63,870 nt of DNA from the NCBI RefSeq assembly GCF_016433145.1, contig NC_058130.1, positions 86,413,836 to 86,477,705 on the forward strand, written 5' to 3'. Origin of the DNA: Gracilinanus agilis. Its lineage: Eukaryota. Shown here piece by piece: positions 37,201 to 50,632 of the stretch; position 1 is the first letter of the stretch, and every line of letters starts with the position of its first letter. A model generated the notes under the pieces. The model saw only the letters and a program-made list of their open reading frames with translations. It was not told where the DNA came from and did not search any database. A program made the translations under genes and the position numbers.

Positions 37201-39329
37201 ACTGCTCCAATTTCCATATTTTTTTTTAGCCTAGATTATGTGAGATGGCATTAAAAGGGTTGGATACTGAGAAAAGAGGAAGTCAAGTCCCATCCGGGTG
37301 TATCTGGGTTCTAGTGAGTGAACTGAAGCTGCTTAAGCTCAAGTTGCCACCTGGTGCTTCCCCAGCTACAACCCCTCTAGCCCTAACTTGGGTGTCTTGT
37401 GCCAAGGTTAACTATAGCATCGGAAGAGTTTCACTGGTCAAGTGCACGTTGTTTGTAGCCATGTCAGATGATATGTATGACCTACATGGTGGTCATTTTA
37501 TACACTTTTGCCATCATCAACTTCAAATTGTATGTGCTTGTATGAGGTTCAATATTTCTTTAACCACCTTTAACCAATCATGTAATGCCATGTTTCAGGG
37601 ATGCAGGTTTGTGTCCTTGGTCTGTAGTATACAAGGTGGTCACATGTGCTTCAGATTTATGTGCTACATATTTTGTTTCCAGGTGGACTTGTGCTTACAG
37701 ACTCATTCAATTGTAATGTGAATGATATATCCTAGATACCCATTTGTGTAGTTATTGGTATTTGGAAAACTGTGATTGGTTTATGATTATTTATGTATAT
37801 TGTTCAGTCATGTCCAACTCTTTGTGACCCCATGGACCAAAGCATGTTAATCCTGGCCTTAGGGTTTTCTTGACAAAGATGCCGGAGTAGATTGCCATTT
37901 TCTTCTCCAATAGATTAATGCAAACAGAGGTTAAGTGACTTGCCCAGGATCACATAGCTATTAAGTGTCTGTGGTTGGATTTGACTGTAGCCCAGAGCTC
38001 TATCCACTGAGCCACCTAGCTGCCTCTTTTACTTAGGGAGATGTACCTTAAAATACATGTTTACAGATGTCAGATGTCCTGTTATATCCTGTATAACTTA
38101 TAGCAAATGCCTATTTTTACTGGTAAAAAAATGAAGGAGCTGCTCAGAATAGCTATGACCCCAGGTTTCTCTGAATGGTGCTTCCCAGTGACTTTAAGGA
38201 GTAGAATACTTCATTTGTCTCCTCTGACCAAAGGCTTAGTGTTTAGAGCCAAGGGAACTAGGGCTACATCAGTCAACTAGTTGGAAGATTAATGAGTGAG
38301 TAATGAAGGAGAGGGAAAAAAAAGGAAAGAAAATGAAGGACTGGTCATGTGTATGCAAGCTCAGATCCCATCCCTGGGGCTAGGGTGAGGCATGAAATTA
38401 TCATTCTTCTGTACCCCACAAAGTGCCTGGGCAAGTGGGTAGACCAGCTTTGGTTTTATTCTGCTGAGTCAGAGTAATCAGCATGGTGTGACAAACTAGC
38501 ACAAGGTACTGCTCAAAGTTGCAGCCAGATCCCCAAGCCATTTCCATGAGCTCCTCTCCTCTTCCACTGCATCAAGAGAGAGAGGGAGAGAAAAAGAAAA
38601 GAGTTTGTGAAGAACAACAGAACTGTAGGCCATCCACTCCCATGAGCATGGACATAGGAAAATAGAAGAAATCTGGTGGGGGTGGAGAACCTCAACTTTG
38701 GGAAGCAAGTGCTGCATTTTTCGTATTATTTGTTTTACTTCCTAATATAATTAAAAGTGATTTTCAGTAGCTTAAAGAGTTTCTAATGGATGAGGAATGA
38801 GCCAAAAGAAACAGAACCCAAGCCCTGAGAAGCTTTACGGAGTAAATGGAAGGTAGTGCTTGGTAGGCTGTCCAGTGCCTTACCCACATCCTCCACTACC
38901 AGTTAAAATAAACAGTTGGCTAATTTTACATAAACAATCTTGAAAGGAAACTGCTTCCAAAGTTTTTTAATCACAAGATAAAAATGTAGAACAAGCTGAA
39001 AAATCACCAGATCTGAACTTCTGTACTGGGACTGAATGAACAAATCCTCAGAACAAGTAAAAAAGGAAGGAAAGGAAGCCTTTTGTATCATTAGAATTGG
39101 GGTCTAAAATATGTGATCTTAAATTCAAAGATAATGGGGGTTAGATGAAGCACAAAAACAGCAGATAAATTCTTGTTACCTATATTCTCCTTCAAGAGAT
39201 AGCTGGGTGGCACAGCAGCTGAGTCAGGAGGAACTGAGTGCACATCCTGCCTCACATAATTGCTAGCTGGGTGACTCTGGGCAAGTCACTTGACCTCTTT
39301 TAAAGAAATACAAACTAAAACTACTCTAA

Positions 39330-40110
39330 GGTACTACCTTAGACCTATCAAGCTGGCTGGCAAATATGACAAAAAAGGAAAATGATAAAATGTTGGAGGG
39401 GATTGTGGGAAAACTGGAACACTAATACACTGTGGCAAAACTGTAAATTGATCCAACCATTCTGGAACCATGCCCAACGAACCATAAACTATGCATACTG
39501 TTTGACCCTGCATACGACTACTGAGTCTATATCCCAAAGAGATCAGAGATAGAAGAAAGGGAGCTACTTGTACAAAAATATTTTTAGCAGCTCTTTTCAT
39601 AGTGGCAAAGAATTGAAAACTGAAGGGGAGGAGGATGTTCATCAATTGGGGAATGGCTGAATAAATTATGGCATATGGTTGTAATGATATACTATTGTGC
39701 TATAAGAAATGACAACAGAAGAAGGCTTTAAGAAAAACCTGGGCTTAAAATGAGCAGCAGAACCAGAACAGAGTATGCAATAACAGAAATATTGTATAAT
39801 GATCAACTATGAAGACTGAATTATTAGCAAAACAAGGTCCCAAGATAACCCCAAGGGATTCATGATGAAAAATGCTATTCACAGCCAAAGAAGGCACTGT
39901 TGCAGTCTGACTGCAGATCAAAGCATGCCATCTTTCACTTTATTCCTGTCATGAGTTTTTTACTGTATGTGTGACATGTCTTCTATCATGACATAAGGAA
40001 TATAGGGGGAAGGGGGGAAGGAGAGAATCTGAATCACAAAATGTCAGAAAAACAACTGTGAAAAATTGTTCCTACATGTAATTGAAAAAAAAAATTAAAA
40101 AGTTAAAAAA
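39330..40110 (+). mobile_element. L1 3' end
   Basis: Same L1 3' signature as 30095-30910. Confidence 0.8.
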
Positions 40111-40115
40111 ATTAG

Positions 40116-40315
40116 GGGGCAGCTGGGTAGCTCAGTGGATTGAGAGCCAGGCCTAGAGACGGGAGGTCCTAGGTTCAAATCCGGCCTCAGACACTTCCCA
40201 ACTGTGTGACCCTGGGCAAGTCACTTGACCCCCATTGCCTACCCTTACCACTCTTCCACCTATGAGCCAATACACAGAAGTTAAGGGTTTAAAATAAAAA
40301 AAAAATTAAAAAAAG
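40116..40315 (+). mobile_element. Young SINE1_Mdo subfamily copy
   Basis: Same diagnostic tail (ctcttccacctatgag.caatacac.gaagt..aagggtttaaaa). Confidence 0.92.
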
Positions 40316-40324
40316 TTAAAAAAA

Positions 40325-41330
40325 TTATGTTGAACAGCCCTGGACTAGGTTTCTGATTTGATAAATTTCACATCTCAAGAAGCAATCTAATCCAAAGAGC
40401 ATTATTAAATCCCTTCTGTGCCAAAGGTATGGTGCAAGACAACAGGGAAACACAAAGTGAAAAAAGTCCTTCTCCTCAAAAAGCTCACATTCTACTGAAA
40501 GACTACACACACAATTGTATGCATGTGATAATTTGAGGGAAATTGAATGAACACAAATAACCAAGGGGATTAGGACAGACTTTCCTGAAGACATGGTATA
40601 TAAAATGATCCTTGAAGAAAATGAGGGTACCCACAAGGCAGAGTACATTCTTGGTATGGGGGACAGACTGCTGCATAAGGGCAGGGAGATGGGAGCTTCA
40701 AGAAGACCAGTTTAGCTGATCCTGGGAAGATAAGCTGGAATCATATCCTGAAAGATTTTCAATGCCAAACTGAGGGGTTTGGGTTGTTCTTATTTTTAGG
40801 GGCTCAAATTTCTTAAGCATGGGAGCGGTATGGTCAGACTCAAACTTTTGAGAATATTATTGTGGCAGTTGTATAGAATCTGGATTGGAGAAAGGAGAGA
40901 AGCCAAAAACCCAATCAAGAGGCTACTACAATAGTCCAGGAGAGAGGCAATGAGGATGTCAACTATGGTAGTGGCTGTGTGAGTGAATAAACAGGGATGG
41001 AAACGAGATACTGTGGAGGTAGAAATGAGAAGACTTGAAAACTAACCATGTGAGGCAGGGAGTAAGGGAGGGGAAAAGCCAAGGATAACTAAAGTTGTGA
41101 ACCTCAATAACTGGAAAGATGATAACTCTCCAGAGAAATAGGGGCATTTGAAGGAATGGTAGCTTTGAGCAAGAGGAAGATGATGAATTCCATTTTGGAC
41201 AAGTTGATTTTAAGAGGACTATAGAACATTCCAGTGGAGAAGTCCAGGAGATATTTAGTGAGAGAGGGCTGGGAGAGTGGGAAGATGATGAGATCACCAA
41301 AAAAGAGGATACATTGAGAAATGAGGAGAG
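40325..41330 (-). mobile_element. L2 LINE fragment
   Basis: L2 3' region pattern, as at 17.5-19.1 kb. Confidence 0.65.
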
Positions 41331-41339
41331 AACAAGGCA

Positions 41340-43773
41340 GAGCTAGTTCATTTAAGGGAGTCCATGGAGTAGTCCTGATTAATTAGGATGCTGATGATGA
41401 CCCAGCTACGGAGATTAAAAAGATGAATGTATATTTTCTGATTCTTGGTTTTCTATTCAACTTCCTACAATGAAGGGGTTTATAATTGGTTGCCTAGTCC
41501 CAGAAATCTAAATGGACCTTTTCTGATTCCCTTGTATACTGTTTTCAAAAACCTTTCTTATGTTATGTCTAAGTCTATATAATTGATTAAAAAGGTTCAA
41601 TATCTAATAATATACTGAGTATATTTCATGAAAATAGAGTAGATCATCAAGATAAATTTCTAAGACAGAAAAGTTTAGGAAAGGTAAAAAAAGGTAGACT
41701 GATGCTGTTGAAAAAGCTTCTCTGAGAAAAAAAAGGCAAGTTATTTTGAAGTTATTTTAAATGTTACTCTTTTGCACAAAATAACCTTGCTCTTAGGCTA
41801 GAGAAACAAGCAGGAATCTTCAAACTTGAAACTTTTAAATTTGCTTGAATATGATAATATGACAGTGATATAAAAAATTGTGCACTGAACTATAAAAAAA
41901 CCATAAAGTTTTTGTCACAAATATAAATAAATTTCTTCATTTATTGGGGAAAATTATTTGTGGTAAGTAGAAAACCAGTTTTCTCTTAACATTCGGTTAA
42001 ACTGACATTTATATCACAAACAAATGAGTCATACTGGCAGATATAGCCATCTCAATTCTGAAAGTACTCTGAGGAAAGTTTTATTGGTTTCATTGAAATA
42101 AGTCAGAAAATAGATACAAAAAACAAAATAACAAGTACACTAATCTCAAAAGTACCAATATGAAAGGAGACAAAAAACAGGAATATTACAATGCAGCAAC
42201 TATGTTTAGCATTTAAAATGGTGTGTAGGCAATTATTTTCATTTATTACACATTATTAATTTATCCACTGAGTTTCTATAAGTCCAAGTGATAATAGCCC
42301 TTGATAGACTAGATATAAAGACCTACACTTTTTTGGGTAACTCGTTTAATATGTTGATTTTTGTCTTGAAAACAACCTTGAAAAGACATAGCAACTGAAA
42401 CACAATGACATAGTCCTGGAGATATCAAATATCAAATATCTCAATAAGAACCTGGAAATCTTTGCTACTGTGACATATTATGCAAACCAAGTATGCTTTC
42501 GGTATATTATTTAAATGGCTGATATTCTTAACCAAACTGAGAAAATAAGCAAAGTCTCACCAAATAAAAATGTATGTGTTTCAAGGGAGTAGAATGATTC
42601 ATGGGTTAAAAAAAAGAAATATGAGAAAATCCACTAAATTGCACATTAAAACCCTTAGTTAATGGCTTGAAGTAGAGTTCCATGTTGTAGACAGAAAAAA
42701 AAATAGTGCATCTTTATGAGTCACAGGATAAATTATGGAGTCTTTCAGCCCTATAGTTATATAAGTTAAATTAAAAAGATGCTAGATATAATTTTGTTCC
42801 AACTTGATTGAAGGTATAATAATAAAATTAAATTACCACTGATTGTTTTCTTTTTGGAAGCCAATTTTTCTCAATGAATACAACAGACTTAAGAGCCAAG
42901 AATGACAAAAAATAAACCAACAATAATTTAGATTCTGCAGATATTTCATTAGAAATAGAGAACTTTAAGTATCAGGCATTTGTACTACTCCAATTCTGGA
43001 GTCAGCAACATCAGACCTACTGAAATCATACATGATTACAGACTCACTGAATCTTATACAATCCTAGAAACAGCAATGATGATACTTTTAACCTTACCTT
43101 AACTGCAGCATCATGTGAGAGATCTTTCAGAAAACTGAAATTAATAAAAACACACTTAAGATCTTCTCTTGCTAAAGAAAATTAATCTAATATGGCCACA
43201 CTCTCAACAAAAAAAAAAAAATAAACAAAATCAATTTAAACCAAGTAATAGTTTTGCTACAAGTAAAAGCTTGGTGAGTTAATTTATGATAAAAGAATTT
43301 AGCTTTTCCTTTCATTAGAATTTTGTGTGTTCTTTGTGACCTTTTTTTTAACCCAAGAGAGATAAATGAAGCATGAGAAATAGAGTCATACTGGTTAAAT
43401 ACAATTCAAAGGTATAGAAATGGGGAAGGAAATTACAGAACATCTTTCTTATACTTTTATAGAATTCTTTAATGTTTACTTTTAGTACTTTTTTTCTAAA
43501 ATAATTCGTTAGTTTCTGTTTAACAGTTTCAAATTATAATTTGACTTCTGCCTATTCTTATGACTTTTTTTGTTCTTGTACAAGTTGTCTTTTTATTCAT
43601 TTTATTAAGCACAGTGTTTAAGCAAGGACAAATTTAAAATGAAACTGATAACTCTTAGTTTTTGTGTTAGTTACTTTTGGTACTATTTTTTGCATCAAAA
43701 ATTACAAAGTTGATTTAAGGGCTCTCTTTTGTGTGTATAGCTTACTCCAGGCACTAAAATGTTAAGGCTCTAG
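41340..43773 (+). mobile_element. Decayed autonomous hAT transposon (Tip100/ZMYM1-like transposase)
   Basis: Motifs in the expected order: FAQNNLALR (41771-41797), EESFIGFIE (42071-42097), YNAATMFSI*NGV*A (from 42187) and the hAT dimerisation motif TAASCERSFRKLKLIKTHLRSS (from 43102). Many stops and frameshifts; degenerate terminal similarity (AGCTAG...AGT.C.TGGAGTA). Confidence 0.85.
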
Positions 43774-44756
43774 CTAAAGGAGGAAGGGTAAACCTAATTA
43801 TCTTACTGCTGAAGGACGGAACGAATCAGAGGATTTGGGAAAATTGTTATTATGGGAAAAAAAGATAGTTAGGGTGGAAGCTTTATATGAATTGATTTTA
43901 CATTTTTTCTTTGTTACTGTTGCTTCTTTTAAATTTATCTATTTTACACCAGATTTGGAGTCAGAGAGTTCTGTGTTTGAATCCCACATTTAATATTCAT
44001 TGACTGTTGACTGTGGGTGAATTACTTAACATTTCTGTGACTCATGTTCCTCATCTGAAAGATATTAACTCATGGGTTACTGGAAGGAGCTAATTTACAC
44101 ACAGTGCTTTGTAAACCTTGAAGTGCTATGTTGTCAGTTATAAAGGATTGTATTTTTGAGCTAAAAATCATTATAGATATTTAGCTCTTGAGGAGCTTAG
44201 AACAAGTTATTCTGGGAAGAAAGTGGGGTTTGGTAGAATAAAATGTGAGATGTTACTCAAGTTTGAACTCTAGTAGAATTGGAACAATGCCTTTTTCTAA
44301 CTTGCCTAAGTTTATCCTTTTTGTATAGCAGGGTGAAGAAAGAGATAAAGAGCAAGGAGATGATGTCTAAAAAATGCTTTGAGCTCCCTTAAATAATAGC
44401 TAACATTCACAAAGTACTGAAGGGTTTGCAAAGCTCTAAATATAAATTATCACATGTAATCCTCCTAACATCCCTGTGAGATAGGTGCTGTCATTTATCC
44501 CTATTTTAAAAATGAAGAAAATAAATCTCAGAGAATTTAAAGTGATTTCCCCACCATCAATCAATATATGCATTTATTAAGCACCATGTGCTGGTTAACA
44601 AGTGCCAGAGGCAGAACTTAAACCCAGGACTTCCTGACTCTAACTCCAGCACTTTTCCCCCCAAAATCATGCTGCTTTCAGAATCAATCCTATAATTACC
44701 CTGACTTTCCAGGGAAAGGTAATTTTAAAAAAGGACAGCCTCTCTGCCCATCTTAC

Positions 44757-44809
44757 CAGGCCCTGAAGACTGCTGCATTTGTGCTGTCCACCAAGACATA
44801 ACTGGACTT
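44757..44809 (-). CDS. PHF7: PHF7 coding exon 2 (53 nt, SPVMSWWTAQMQQSSGP)
   Basis: ttttatacag|...TCTTCAGGGCCTG|gtaaga. Length, phase and the SSGP(V) end agree with human PHF7 as recalled. Confidence 0.82.
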
Positions 44810-45416
44810 CTGTATAAAAAGGAAAAAGCACACAATGACCTTTGGGGTCCCCTTCTCTACTTTCTGTGGCTTTTCCCTTACTATCCCACCCACCATTTCA
44901 TAAGTAAGACCAGAAACTGAAGAATGTCATAATTTCTTTTCGAATTTTTAGAAAATGCATAAAGTATATCTACTATCCACACTGTTTAATGCCCAGTATC
45001 CTCATAATTCTTCCTTTCTGCCCTAGTCCTTCAATCTAAGGTAGGCTAACCTTCATAAAACAGACTACATAAATTCACATTATGCTGAGCTACTGTCAGT
45101 TTCTAGGAGCAAGAGGCCTTTTCCTTTTGTTATCTGACTCTTATTATCCCTCTTCCCAATTCTACTCTCTGAAAAACTGCAAAATGAAGGATAATCCCCA
45201 GCCAACTAGACAAATAGCTAATAATCCTCTGAAGTAGTCCAACTCTACCTCAGTCCTTCTGTCTTTCCCTTTCTGTTCACAATTTTCATTAACCACGGCT
45301 CCCCTTTCCAATCTGGAATCTCTCTGTAATTTTAAAAATAGACTCTTCCAGCTACAAATATTAACAAACTTCAGAGCAACTGTTCTCAGGTCTCATGGGG
45401 GAATGAAATCCAGCAC

Positions 45417-45448
45417 CTTCCAAGACATGCAATCCCATCCTTGTTCAT
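45417..45448 (-). CDS. PHF7: PHF7 putative first coding exon (MNKDGIACLG-R; exon 45417-45452)
   Basis: On the - strand: ttcttacag|GATT ATG AAC AAG...GGA AG|gtgctg. It ends in phase 2, as the next exon requires. Sequence similarity to the human N-terminus is weak, so the call is tentative. Confidence 0.5.
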
Positions 45449-48400
45449 AATCCTGTAAGAATCAAAAATATAATACTTTTAGTTACATTTTACATTTATT
45501 ACTTCATTTGATTTGTACAACACTATGAAATAGAAGATGTTTTATTTCCATTCCACAGAGCAAGAAACCTAAATTTCAGATCTGTCCATGGCCACTGAAC
45601 TAGCCAGCAGCAGAACCAGAGCTCGAACTCGGGCTTACTGATCATAGATACAATGTTCTTTACACTTGACCACAATGTTTCCTCTACAAAGACAGTGGTT
45701 ACTATCCCAATTTCATTGTGAGAAACTACTGAAATAATCAAACTGTCTTTTTTTAATTGATCTTACTTACAGTTAATTGATTTTGTCCTGTAACTAAGTC
45801 ATGATTCTTTGTCTTTGAACTTAGTCCAGAAATTCATTTGCCCTGTCATGAGTTAAATTTAGTAAAATCAAGTTCTCTTGTTAATCATTATTCTACTCTT
45901 GTGTCAAGGAAATCTGTATCCAAAAATAATTGGTCCATTATGTCTAACCTTGCAGGTAGACTCAAACAATGAACATTTAGCCAGGGGAGGGAAGGAGGTG
46001 GTTGTTGCTAGCTCCTCATTCCCAATTTCCAAACAATTATATTGTCCTTCACTCTGTAACCAATCAAACTGATTTCACCATTTATGATGTTGAGCTATTT
46101 TATTTTTTAAAAAATGTTTAACCCTTACCTTCTGAGCTAGAACAAATCCTAAGTATAGGTTCCAAGGCAGAAGAGTGACAAGGGGTAGGCAATGGAGGTT
46201 AAGTAACATCCAGGGTCTCACAGCTAGAAAGTGTTTGAGGCTCTCTATCTCCAAGCCTGGCTCTATCCACTGAATCACTTAGCTGCTCCTGATATTGAGC
46301 TCTTTTAGCCAATTATAAATTGTTCCCTATCTACAAGGGCCTATTCTTTGTTTTGAATTTCCCTAAAACCTTCAAAGGGTAGCCTACTTCCCACCTCAGT
46401 CTTAGCTTTGCTGAGAAAGCTGAAATCCTATTTATAGGAAAATATATGCTTTACTAATAAATTATGTTTATAACTTTGTGCCTCAATTTACCTTTTTTGA
46501 CCTGAACACTATGGAATAAAAGGAAAATTCTTAAGACTTAAGGAAACAATTCTAATGAGGAAGGAAATTTGTAGTAAAGAAACTGATATAGATGAATAGG
46601 GTGTCAGAGACTAAATTATATCCTCACTTCACAGAACTCCTTCCCAGACAAAGCAAAATGGTAGTCCTGTGAAAAAATGACCTGTCATGGAGCAGTTAGG
46701 TGGCACAGTGGATAGAGCCAAGCCTGGGGTTGGGAGGTTCTGGGTTCAAATGTGGCCTCACTTCCTAGCTTTGTGACCCTGGGCAAGTCACTTAACCCCA
46801 ATCACCTAGCCCTTATCCTGTCTTAAGAGTTGTTACTAAGACAGAAAGTAAGGGTTTTAAAAAAAAAAAAAAAGACCTGCCACATACACACTGACCATCA
46901 AAGCTCATTTGTTGAAAATTCCAACTCAAAAATCAAGGAATGGAGAATCAAGGATTTTCTCCTTCTGTGAGAGGGGTATCTGATGTTGGGATCAATTCTG
47001 GATGCAATAGTCTAAGATTTCATGTGATGAAATGAAGTGTCCAGATAAAACTTGGATGGTAGAAGGCCTTGAGTCTGTCCTATGATGGAAATAGGGATGT
47101 TTAGTCCGGAAAAAAGAGGGCAAGATAACTAACTACAAGTATTTGAAGAACTACTGTATGGAAGCAGGATTATTTATTCTCTTTAGTTCCAGGACAAAAC
47201 AATAGATGAACCTTCCTAACAATTAAAACTGTCCAAGTAGATAGAATACCTCAAGAGGTGGATGGTTCTCCTTCTTTTAAAGGTCTTCAAGTGGAGGCTG
47301 ATGAATATTTTTCAGGTAAATTATACTAAAGATTTCTTTCATGGTTAAGTTGGATTAGATGGCTCCTGTGGTCCCTTCTAACTAAAATTCTGTGATTCTA
47401 TGGGTTCTGCTCCACAAAAAAAAAAAAAAAAAAAATCTTAAGAACCCAGATGCCTTGACTTTTTTTGTTACATACTGTTTCAGAGAACCACTAAATCCAA
47501 TATTCAGAAAATGTTTGTTGAGTAGTAGACCCGTGAAAGAAATCTCTTGTCTCAGAAGTATTGGACCTCCAATCATGTCTAGTTGGCTCAATTCAAATAC
47601 CATATATTCCATGAAGCCCTTTCCTATGAAGGAGATGAAAATATCTCTTCTTCCTCTGACGTCTCATAACAAATGAACCAACCCTTAAACACTTCCTACA
47701 CAGACTTTTGTAGTGCAATTGTTTAAATGTCTTATTCCCTCTACTATTTTGGAAGACTGAATAGGAGCCCTATCTTATTGAGCTTTTTATCTCCCTCACC
47801 AGCATCTGTGAAATTTTTGCTTAATGGAGAGTTCAAGCCCACAAGAAAGGAAGGAATGGGCTGGTCACTTGGGAGAGTTAATTCCCTGTGGTGAAGGAGG
47901 AAGCCATTCACAGACAAGTTATTAACTAAACCATTTTCTGGTTACTTCCTTACAAGTGAGCTCAGGTATTTGGCTAGTAACCAAACTTTCTCAATTCAAG
48001 TTAAGAGGAATGTCTTTGAAAACAAAATGAAAATTTCTTTATCTCCTTCACCCCTCTACCAGCAATGTCAAAATAAAATAAGACTGTAGTTTCCATACGT
48101 CAAGATGAAGAGGGTAGAAGAAAGGGGAGGGAAGAGAAGAGACCAAACAAACCATTGTTCCTGTGTAACATCCCTATTAGAGCTTCTAGAGTATTATGTT
48201 GTAATGTTCTCGGACTAACTTCTGGATGAATATTCTCTTCTGTATTAATACCCTATTATCTTTTAATTTAATTTTAAAAATCTTTTCCTTCTGTTTTAGA
48301 ATCAATACTGTGTATTGGTTCCAGGGCTGAAGAGTGGTATGAGCCAGGTATTGGGGTTAAGTGACTTGTCCAGAGTCACAGTTAAGAAGTGTCTAAGGTC

Positions 48401-49829
48401 AGATTTGAAACCAGGACCTCCTATCTTTAGGCTTGGCTTTCAATCCACTGAGCCACCTAGCTGTCCCCAATACTCTTATCATCTTAATGGGAAACTTGCA
48501 ATTGTATTATTCGAAATATTTCTGTCCCCAAACCATTGTTATTAAATCAACTTTGCTCCAATGAAGACCAAAGTAATTTCATACATGCTACTCTTTTCCA
48601 ACATGTGTTCATATTGTGTCCATGTACACTTGCTGACACAATATGTTCTATCAACTCCTTAAGAGCACACTGGTAACATATAGGAAGGCTGCATAGACTT
48701 TATATTTCTCAAGATCAAACTGGAAAATTTGGAAGAGGGAGAAAGGTACTTATTAGGAACTGAAGCCTGTAAGATATACAAGTTCTTGGGGTAGCTAGAT
48801 GACTCAGTGGATTGAGTCAGGCCTAGAGAGGAGAGATCCTGGGTTCAAATGGGGCCTCAGGCACTTCCTAGTTGTATGACCCTGGGCAAACCACTTAATC
48901 CCCATAGCCTATCCCTTCCAGCTCTTCTACAGATGGACAAAAGCCTATCAGATGAATTCAAGCAGTGGATGAGTGGCACACCAATTATTGGGGGAGAGGG
49001 AAAGGGGGAGGAAGTTTAATCAGTACCAGTTAAAGACAGCTAGCCGAAATTCTTTTGTATTTTCAGTGGGAGTATCAGAGGATGACACAAATGTCCAAAA
49101 ACTTTAGCTGCTAAAATTTCATGCAAACTTCTAACCTGAAAAGTTACATCCCTCCCCCTTGAGTACAGCATTTTTTCCTAAAACGGCCTTATGATAATTT
49201 AACCTCTTTTTTTTTTTGGTTGATTAAAAAAAAAAAACCTGGTGTAAATCCACAGGCTTTTTTACACAAATGGATTATTTACAAAACATTGGGTATCTCT
49301 TGGGTGAATACCATAATTACCACTAGATGCTAATCGACAAAGTGTACAGAAATGCCAATTTTTCTAACTGAGAAAACGCAACAAATTATTCCAAGCTCCC
49401 CCTAAATTTAACAATTTAACAGTTGTTCTTTCTAGGGGCAATGGGGGGGGCGGGATGATGGGGGGAGAGCGCGATTTTTCAGATTACCTTACTTTAACAA
49501 GTAAGTTCCTTGCGGGGAAGAACTGTTTCTTTTTTATCTGTATCACCACGGCTTAGCAGAGTGACTAGCACACAGTAGGCGCTAACCAACTGCTTGAGTG
49601 TTTCTTGGCTTCCTGCCTGCCTCCCCCTCCCTTAAGTCATTCCCGGAATCCGCTTTTCTACTCTGGAATCTTTCCCTTTTTTAAGCCACGATGGAGAAGC
49701 GGAGGGTCTCCGAGACCGAAGAGCTGGATTCAAGTGATGCCTCTGACACACTGGAGACCTCCGGATGCCCGCAGTGCAGGGGAGAGTGAGAGGTGTTTCC
49801 ACACCGGAGTTCAGGGTACACGCGCGCAG

Positions 49830-49831
<2 letters not shown>

Positions 49832-49868
<37 letters not shown>
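49832..49868. repeat. (CA)n microsatellite
   Basis: Uninterrupted CA run at the edge of the CpG island. Confidence 0.95.
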
Positions 49869-49872
<4 letters not shown>

Positions 49873-50632
49873 TCTGTTTCCTTCCTCTGGGCGCCCTGGT
49901 CCCCCAGTCTTGGGTCCGGCGGAGCTTCCTCTACCTCCGAGGGCCTTACTGCCCCCCGCGCACGGGCTGCTCCAGACCCCAGCCGCCGCGTCTCGCGCTG
50001 GCTAGCCGTAGGCCCCGACCCCGGCCCGTCGAGCCTCAGCCCCCGCCCTCAGCAGCCCCGCCGCCAGCTGCAGGGAGGGGCCGCTCGGGCGGGCGAAGGG
50101 TCAGCCAACGGCCAGTAACGGCCGCGAGCCCGCTCGACCCAGGCCCCGCCTTCGATGGGGCGGAGGCTGGGTAGCACGGCATCCGAGGGCGGGTTCATGA
50201 GTTCTCCCAACGGCCAGTAACGGCGGCGAGCCGGGCCGGCGGGCACGCGCATTGCCCGCACCCCTCCCACCTCCCCGCCACCCACTGGAGGGGAAGGGCG
50301 GGGCCGACGGCGGAGCGGGGAAGCGACCTCACTAACACTCCGGGAAAGAGGCGCGGACTACGTCGGCGGCGAGCACGTCCGGGCGTTTCGAGTTCGCGCT
50401 GCGCTCCCTCCCGCCCACCCACCTGCCCGCATGCCCTCCTACCTTCCAGCGTAATCGTCAGAAGCTGTGAGTGCGCGGCGTCGCGCTGAGATGATGTTGG
50501 CGGCGCCGCGTCGCGACGCGCGCGGATGACGCGGCTCTCGGGCCCGTTGTCTGGGCGTCTTAGAGTGGGGGCCCGGTGCCGGCCGGGCTTCCTTGAGTGC
50601 GGGGCTCCCAGGGGCGGCGGCGGAGCTTGGAC

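Noticed and set aside
37245-37721. 158-aa plus-strand ORF in the PHF7 intron
   Set aside because: No recognisable domain, splice context or Kozak support. It remains unexplained unique sequence but I cannot support a gene.
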